From contig SICL01000001.1 in assembly GCA_009691445.1 (NCBI GenBank), positions 65,738-129,737 of the forward strand: DNA of 64,000 nucleotides, given 5' to 3'. Origin of the DNA: Candidatus Taenariivivens baikalensis (GTDB lineage: Bacteria > Omnitrophota > Omnitrophia > Omnitrophales > Aquincolibacteriaceae). The position numbers and the translations under genes are program-made. Of the stretch, positions 58,640 through 64,000 are shown piece after piece (position 1 is the stretch's first letter; each line of letters starts with the position of its first letter). The notes beneath the pieces were generated by a model. It ran no database searches, had not been told where the DNA came from, and worked only from the letters and a program-made list of their open reading frames with translations.

Positions 58640-59604
58640 AAATTCTAATATTGGGCGGAGCTGGATTTCTTGGAACTAATCTTACACGAGGCTGGCTTGG
58701 GAATCCCGATGCTCAAGTCACAGTTCTCGATAGTTTTGATAACCGTTTTCAGTCCAACAAAAAATCCTTGGATGATGTGTGGGAGAAAATTAGTGTCGTT
58801 CGAGGATCTATATTAGACGAAAGACTTCTCGCTGAAATCGTTCCTCAACATGATGTGATCTATCACCTCGCCGCCCAGTCTTCCCACACCCTTTCGTTAA
58901 AACAACCGATTCTTGACGCTGAAATTAATTGTCTAGGAACTTTGAAGCTCCTTGAAAGTATCCGTTTATTTCATCCCGAGGCTTTAGTTATTTATCCATC
59001 CAGCACGACAAGCGTAGGAAAAGCTGAGGAAGACATCATCGACGAAAATCATTCCGAGAAACCTCTTGAAATATACTCTGCCAATAAAGGCGTCTCAGAA
59101 AAATATTTCCAAATTTACAACCTCGTTCACGGACTTAAGACCATCGTCTTTCGCTTTAGCAACCTTTACGGCCCTTACGGAAAAGCTTCTGCCGAGTTTG
59201 GATTTATCAATCATTTCATTTATCAAGCGCTCAATCATCGGCCCCTGACCATTTTTGGCTCGGGGGAACAGATCCGTAATGTCCTGTACGTGGGCGACGC
59301 GGTCGAACTTTTGATGTCAGCGGCATATCAACCGCAACTGTGCGGACAGCTTGCTCAGGCAACAAGCCCCCATCACCACTCTGTCCGTCAAATTGCTCAA
59401 ACCATTGTGGAAACTTTTCAGTCGGGACATGTCGTCTATGAAACCTGGCCGAATGAAAGAAAGCGCATTGACGTGGAAAGCGTCCGCTTTTCCTCCGAAA
59501 AACTCCGCGCCCTTACGGGGTGGAGCGCCCCCACTGATCTTGTCACGGGCATTCGAAGAACATGTGAAATTCTTCTTTCTTCTGAGTCTCGGGAACGACC
59601 TTGA
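58636..59604 (+). CDS. NAD-dependent epimerase/dehydratase
   Basis: GGAGFLG, HLAA, YSANK, RFSNLYGP; ATGA-coupled start 58636. Confidence 0.9.
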   Translation: MKILILGGAGFLGTNLTRGWLGNPDAQVTVLDSFDNRFQSNKKSLDDVWEKISVVRGSILDERLLAEIVPQHDVIYHLAAQSSHTLSLKQPILDAEINCLGTLKLLESIRLFHPEALVIYPSSTTSVGKAEEDIIDENHSEKPLEIYSANKGVSEKYFQIYNLVHGLKTIVFRFSNLYGPYGKASAEFGFINHFIYQALNHRPLTIFGSGEQIRNVLYVGDAVELLMSAAYQPQLCGQLAQATSPHHHSVRQIAQTIVETFQSGHVVYETWPNERKRIDVESVRFSSEKLRALTGWSAPTDLVTGIRRTCEILLSSESRERP

Positions 59605-60542
59605 AGATTGTTATCACGGGAGCTTTAGGATATATCGGTTCTAAACTTATCCAAGAAATCCAAAAAAAAATTCCTAGAGCACGGCTGATCTTGATTGATA
59701 ATTTGATGACTCGAAATCAGGCATCTCTTTCAGACCTACCTGGCCATGTGCCGTATGAATTCCATAAAATCGATGTACTACACGATGATTTGAGTCCCTA
59801 TTTTCAAGACGCTCAGTTTGCGGTTCATTTAGCCGCAGCGGTCGATCCTCAAAACTATCCCACCGAAAATCTTTCAAACCACCGCATGACACAGCGGGTT
59901 GCAGAGGAATGCCTAAAAAACCACACGACTCTTATCTTCCCATCAACCACGAGTGTTTATGGTGTTTCGCACCCCCACCTCTGCGAATCTGAGGACTCGA
60001 ATACGGTTCACCCGCAAACTCCCTACGCCCACGATAAACGCATCTCAGAACTTTATTTTCACGGCCTTGCAGCGGAAGGCCTTCGTTTTGTCATCTTTCG
60101 ATTTGCGACAATTTTCGGAGTTTCCCCGGGACTTCGCTACCAAACCGCGATTGGAAAGTTCTGCCAGGATGCTGTCATGAACCATCAAATCGCTGTTTGG
60201 AGCTCAGCGCTCCATCAGTACCGTCCCTATTTAGACCTTGAGGATGCCGTGCAAGCCATTCTCTTCGCCCTTACCAACCAGCTGGATACCGGCGAAATCT
60301 TTAATCTGGCAAGCCTTCACGCAACGGCAAAGGAAGTTCTTGATCTCATCGCTTGTTCTGCTTCATTTGAGACAAAATTAGTTCCGTCACCACTTATGAA
60401 CAATCTCAGTTATCAGATTTCGTGTGAAAAAATTTGCCGGAAGGGATTTGTGTTTCGTGGAAATTTAGAAGCTGGAATTAGAGATACAATCGATGTACTC
60501 CGATATCAGGAATCAGACCTTTTCAACAAAAACAGGGTTTGA
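59601..60542 (+). CDS. NAD-dependent epimerase/dehydratase (extended SDR)
   Basis: TGALGYIG, STTSVYG, YAHDK, RFATIFG, YRPYL. Confidence 0.9.
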   Translation: MKIVITGALGYIGSKLIQEIQKKIPRARLILIDNLMTRNQASLSDLPGHVPYEFHKIDVLHDDLSPYFQDAQFAVHLAAAVDPQNYPTENLSNHRMTQRVAEECLKNHTTLIFPSTTSVYGVSHPHLCESEDSNTVHPQTPYAHDKRISELYFHGLAAEGLRFVIFRFATIFGVSPGLRYQTAIGKFCQDAVMNHQIAVWSSALHQYRPYLDLEDAVQAILFALTNQLDTGEIFNLASLHATAKEVLDLIACSASFETKLVPSPLMNNLSYQISCEKICRKGFVFRGNLEAGIRDTIDVLRYQESDLFNKNRV

Positions 60543-61808
60543 CATCACTCGCCCCCCTGTCCTGACCTCGCCCTGAACTCGGTAATAAATCAAAGGACCA
60601 TCCTCAAACGCGTTGGGATCTTCCCATCCAAAAGATGGCTTAGTTTTAGAAAGTGCATCTTCATAAACGACTTGTCCATTTCGGATCACCTGAACATTAA
60701 CTTCATCTCCCGACTTTTTCTCGGTGACCAATCCGATCTCAACAAAAATCCTGGGTTGTCCGGTGCAAATAAGCGTTTCACCCATTCCTGATTTTTTTTC
60801 CGACGCCGAGTCAGAAATGAAAAAATCATTAAGACGGAGATCGGTATGTTTAATTTTTCGAATATAAAAACTTCCCCGCTTGATTGAATCTAAAATGGCC
60901 TCGGGGGTGCGCGCCGTTGCTCGAACAAAATTATCCCATTTCCCAAAATTCTCTTGAAACGTTTTCTTATGAATGACCCCCTCCGCAAAGGCCCAAACAG
61001 GTTGAGAGCGACGCTTCCGGCAGTATTTGTAAAGAAGCTGGTCCCAAATCCCACCGACTCGGCCCGTCTCCACAGTTCCATCGGGAAAAATGCCAACTCC
61101 TGTGTAATTTTCTGTATCCAACAATGCCTGGCTGTAAGCAGGGGTTTTAAAATAAATTGGTCCGATTTTAAAATTCGAGCCAAAAACCTCGTCAGGAGTG
61201 GACCAAATCGTGATGCCCTGATGAGCTTGGACATAATCGATCAGGACTTGATACGGTTTTGCCCCCTCCCTTTTAGGGCCTAAGTTTCGGGTGAGATTCC
61301 CATTTTCAATCGTTGGTAGATTCTGAAGGGATGGAGCATCCAAACCCGCCACTAGAATATTTTTCTGCAGGTCATGGACGGTCCAATCTTGTGACCATAA
61401 ACTGCCACTCCACCAATAATACGGTGTGACCTCGGCACCGGGAATCGCTAAGACTTCGGGATAAGTTTGGTTGAACTCATCCGTGGCTTGAAAATAGCGG
61501 GAAACGCCGTACTTCACGGCCGATGGTTTCTCGTGACTCCATTGAAGGAACGGAATCGGCGGAACTAATCGCACCGTCACTTTTTGCTGGAAATATTCAG
61601 TCAGAAGTAGAACATCGACATCTTTTTCTTTAGCAAATTGGGCATAATCTTCGAGGGAATATTCATCTTCCCCGCTGATCTGCGAATGAGCATGCAAAAT
61701 CACACGATAATCGTGCAGGCCGGAACTTGAAAAAGCAAAAACTGGGAATGCCGACAACAAGAGTGCGGGGAAGATAAAAAAAAGATAAAAGTTATTGTTT
61801 TTGCGCAT
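60513..61808 (-). CDS. Exported PHP-fold protein, partly degenerate
   Basis: Signal peptide, LHAHS, LLTE, IPGAEV, ILDSIKRG, C-terminal YYRV...SNPVFV. Confidence 0.6.
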   Translation of the reverse strand: MRKNNNFYLFFIFPALLLSAFPVFAFSSSGLHDYRVILHAHSQISGEDEYSLEDYAQFAKEKDVDVLLLTEYFQQKVTVRLVPPIPFLQWSHEKPSAVKYGVSRYFQATDEFNQTYPEVLAIPGAEVTPYYWWSGSLWSQDWTVHDLQKNILVAGLDAPSLQNLPTIENGNLTRNLGPKREGAKPYQVLIDYVQAHQGITIWSTPDEVFGSNFKIGPIYFKTPAYSQALLDTENYTGVGIFPDGTVETGRVGGIWDQLLYKYCRKRRSQPVWAFAEGVIHKKTFQENFGKWDNFVRATARTPEAILDSIKRGSFYIRKIKHTDLRLNDFFISDSASEKKSGMGETLICTGQPRIFVEIGLVTEKKSGDEVNVQVIRNGQVVYEDALSKTKPSFGWEDPNAFEDGPLIYYRVQGEVRTGGRVMSNPVFVEKV

Positions 61809-62712
61809 AAACCGTCATGGAGGAACCGCGAATAATTTTTCCATTTGAAAATCGATAAAGAATCTCAAACAGTCCGTACCAAAGATGCCTGCGAAGCAAC
61901 TCGAAAGGGGTCCCCGTCTTCCGTGGTATCCCATTGCGAATATCCAAAACCTTAAACCCATACTTGATCAGAAATCGGCTCATCGTTTGCGGGCTGTAAT
62001 CGAACAAGTGCCGGGGGGGATTTATTAAAAAAAAGCGTCCAAGCCCTAAAACACCAAGCCATTGGTCAATCGACGCATTCTGATTGGGAACTCGGATGAT
62101 CAAGAGTCCTCCAGGTTTCAAGAACTGAGCGGCCAGAGCAAGAATCTTCTCCGGATTTGGCACATGTTCCATGACATACCATAAGGTGACAACGTCATAC
62201 GGGGCGTCAGCCGTGGGGTCCAGAGATTCAATGACACCCTGGACAACATCGAGTCCTAAATTCTGACGAGCATGTTTAACCGCTTCAGAAGATGGCTCAA
62301 CTCCCTTCGTCGTCCATCCTTTCTTACGCATTAAATCGAGAAAAAAGCCCATGCCGCAGCCAACATCTAAAATTCTTGGTGGGTTCGAAAGTATAAGACC
62401 ATGACTGGCCTGAAAATCCATGATTCGATAAAGCCCCTCGATTAAAAATATTTGGGACATTTGCTTCTGCCACAAAGGAGCCGATTCGGAAGGGAAATAA
62501 TTTTCATAGAATCTCATAAGCCCCTGAGCATCCGGGCGAGGATTCGCGAAGGCTAAGGAACAATTTCGACAACGCACAATTGGGATCAGTTGCTCTACCA
62601 CGAGACGCTTGAAGTCCTTTCCACCGCAAAGCGGGCAAAGAATAAATTCAAGATTATATCCTCCTTGAAATTCCAGGTTTTCCAATGGCGTATTCTTGGC
62701 GACATGCTTCAT
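61792..62712 (-). CDS. Class I SAM methyltransferase with N-terminal Zn ribbon
   Basis: CPLC...CRNC, LDVGCGMG, VMEHV, KPGG, PPRHL; TGATG-coupled start 62712. Confidence 0.9.
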   Translation of the reverse strand: MKHVAKNTPLENLEFQGGYNLEFILCPLCGGKDFKRLVVEQLIPIVRCRNCSLAFANPRPDAQGLMRFYENYFPSESAPLWQKQMSQIFLIEGLYRIMDFQASHGLILSNPPRILDVGCGMGFFLDLMRKKGWTTKGVEPSSEAVKHARQNLGLDVVQGVIESLDPTADAPYDVVTLWYVMEHVPNPEKILALAAQFLKPGGLLIIRVPNQNASIDQWLGVLGLGRFFLINPPRHLFDYSPQTMSRFLIKYGFKVLDIRNGIPRKTGTPFELLRRHLWYGLFEILYRFSNGKIIRGSSMTVYAQKQ

Positions 62713-63617
62713 CAGAGAGATTTCCTTGTGGTTACAAATAAGGACGGCCCCAGAACCTTCCCCGTTATCCGGTGGAGAACCTTTGCCAGAGCATAACATA
62801 AACGCGTCACTATTCTTGACCCCGTCGGCCCCAGAAGAGCGACAAGGACTTGAGGTTCCGCGTCCAACGGCGAGTTGCTAATTTTTGTTTCGGTAAATCC
62901 TTTTGTTTGCAAAAAATGTTTGATGGAAACCGTATCAAACATACAAAGATGAAAAACCGTCGGCTCACGTTGATCACGAGGGATCAAATAGACTGATTTC
63001 AAAAATCCAAGAAATCGGTGGAGACCCAAATGAAAAGTCGCATTCGAGACACGCAAAACTAAAAGACCTCCGGGCTTGATCACTTGAAAAATTTCCTCAA
63101 GCTGCTCCGCCGGATCCCACATTTGATCAAGCACATTCCAAAGTGTCACCACAGAAAATTCATTGGGAGGGAAATGTGAATTTTTCAACTCAGCCTGAAT
63201 CACTGATAGATCAAGCGATTCCCTGGCATGCCGAATAGCCGCCTCGGAAAGCTCGATACCCGTGACTTCCCAGCCATGGCTTCGAGCCAAATCGAGAAAA
63301 AAACCGCCGCCGCAACCCACATCCAGCAATTTCCGCTCCGAAATACTCGCTTCGATCTTATTGAGAGCAAATTGAAAAAAACGTGTTCGATTATCCTTCC
63401 ACTCGCGAAAATCTGCCCGTTCAAAATACTCCTTCTCATAAAAAGTTTTTTCGTGGCTCAGAGAAGGCCGGGGATTCAGATAGGCTAAACCGCAAATTTG
63501 GCACCGAACCAGATCCGTCATAATCCGTATCGGTGAGGAGAAAACTTTTGTAACCGTTGCCGCCTCTGTCCTGTGGCACCCTGGGCACGAGACAGGTTGA
63601 GTTTGAAGGTTTGTCAT
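62712..63617 (-). CDS. Class I SAM methyltransferase with N-terminal Zn ribbon
   Basis: CPGC...CQIC, LDVGCGGG, IKPGG. Confidence 0.9.
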   Translation of the reverse strand: MTNLQTQPVSCPGCHRTEAATVTKVFSSPIRIMTDLVRCQICGLAYLNPRPSLSHEKTFYEKEYFERADFREWKDNRTRFFQFALNKIEASISERKLLDVGCGGGFFLDLARSHGWEVTGIELSEAAIRHARESLDLSVIQAELKNSHFPPNEFSVVTLWNVLDQMWDPAEQLEEIFQVIKPGGLLVLRVSNATFHLGLHRFLGFLKSVYLIPRDQREPTVFHLCMFDTVSIKHFLQTKGFTETKISNSPLDAEPQVLVALLGPTGSRIVTRLCYALAKVLHRITGKVLGPSLFVTTRKSL

Positions 63618-64000
63618 TCCAGTATTCCCTTTTGCGACAGCAACGCGGCATACAAGGCAAAAAGTTTTTCGACCGAGAGATCGACATCAAAAACCTCTTC
63701 CATCCGCCTCCGTCCATTTTGTCCTAACTCTCTGGCCTTTTGAGGATGCTTTAAAAGATACACGACACCCTCGGCAATCGCCTGAGCATCTTTTTCCGGA
63801 ACAAGGATACCCGTTTTTTGATGATGAATAATTTCAGGGATACCTCCTACGGATGTGGCAACCACCGGACGCTCCGCCACCATAGCTTCAACCATCGCCC
63901 TAGGAAGCCCGTCCCAAAGCGAAGTCTGCACGCAACAATCAAAGATGGGAAGAAGTGCTTCCACATTCGTTTGAAAGCCGGTAAAAACCACCTGATTATC
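63614..64000 (-). CDS. Glycosyltransferase family 4, C-terminal part (start outside window)
   Basis: SLWDGLPRAMVEAM, PVVATSVGGIPEII, TGILVP. Confidence 0.9.
   Translation of the reverse strand, partial: DNQVVFTGFQTNVEALLPIFDCCVQTSLWDGLPRAMVEAMVAERPVVATSVGGIPEIIHHQKTGILVPEKDAQAIAEGVVYLLKHPQKARELGQNGRRRMEEVFDVDLSVEKLFALYAALLSQKGILE

Noticed and set aside
345-63717. Many 60-170 aa alternative-frame and antisense ORFs in the track
   Set aside because: They lie within well-supported genes and carry no recognisable motifs, so they were treated as shadow ORFs.
1-64000. CRISPR arrays, IS elements, integrases, prophage genes, rRNA/tRNA
   Set aside because: No repeat-spacer arrays, transposase or phage-like ORFs were seen, and intergenic gaps are under about 200 bp with no RNA-gene signatures.

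Overview
Gene-dense bacterial chromosomal window with no rRNA, tRNA, CRISPR or recognisable mobile element. A PVC-superphylum origin (e.g. Omnitrophota-like) is a weak inference from the Minf_1886-family gene and bat-like genes. Bases 1-48.5 kb are almost all minus strand and mostly housekeeping: partial GH1 glycosidase, lepB, lepA, rpe, M16 peptidase, ruvX, trpA/trpB, batE/batD-like genes, an orphan ParB-like gene, peptidases, plsC, pcrA, a lipoate ligase, gcvT-H-PA-PB, and a dcw cluster (murE-murF-mraY-murD-ftsW-murG-murC-murB-ddl-ftsQ-ftsA). That cluster has no adjacent ftsZ or mraZ/rsmH/ftsL/ftsI, and its FtsA has degenerate ATP motifs. Upstream lie a degenerate GAF/HD-GYP gene, dGTPase, HIT, an AAA ATPase, a pseudo-receiver-YvcK(GlmR) fusion with a riboswitch-like leader, an OmpR-family two-component pair, a ThiO-like oxidase and YyaL. 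The best candidate for a new system is at 49.0-60.5 kb: two stand-alone PqqD/RRE genes flank a UPF0489 (peptide-arginase-like)-TPR gene. They are transcribed divergently from an S26-type peptidase-GNAT fusion, a nucleotidyltransferase, an ABC-2 exporter and NDP-sugar tailoring genes, suggesting an undescribed RiPP-like or protein-modification cassette whose substrate is not visible here. The window ends in a glycan locus. All calls come from motif recognition by eye; no searches were run.
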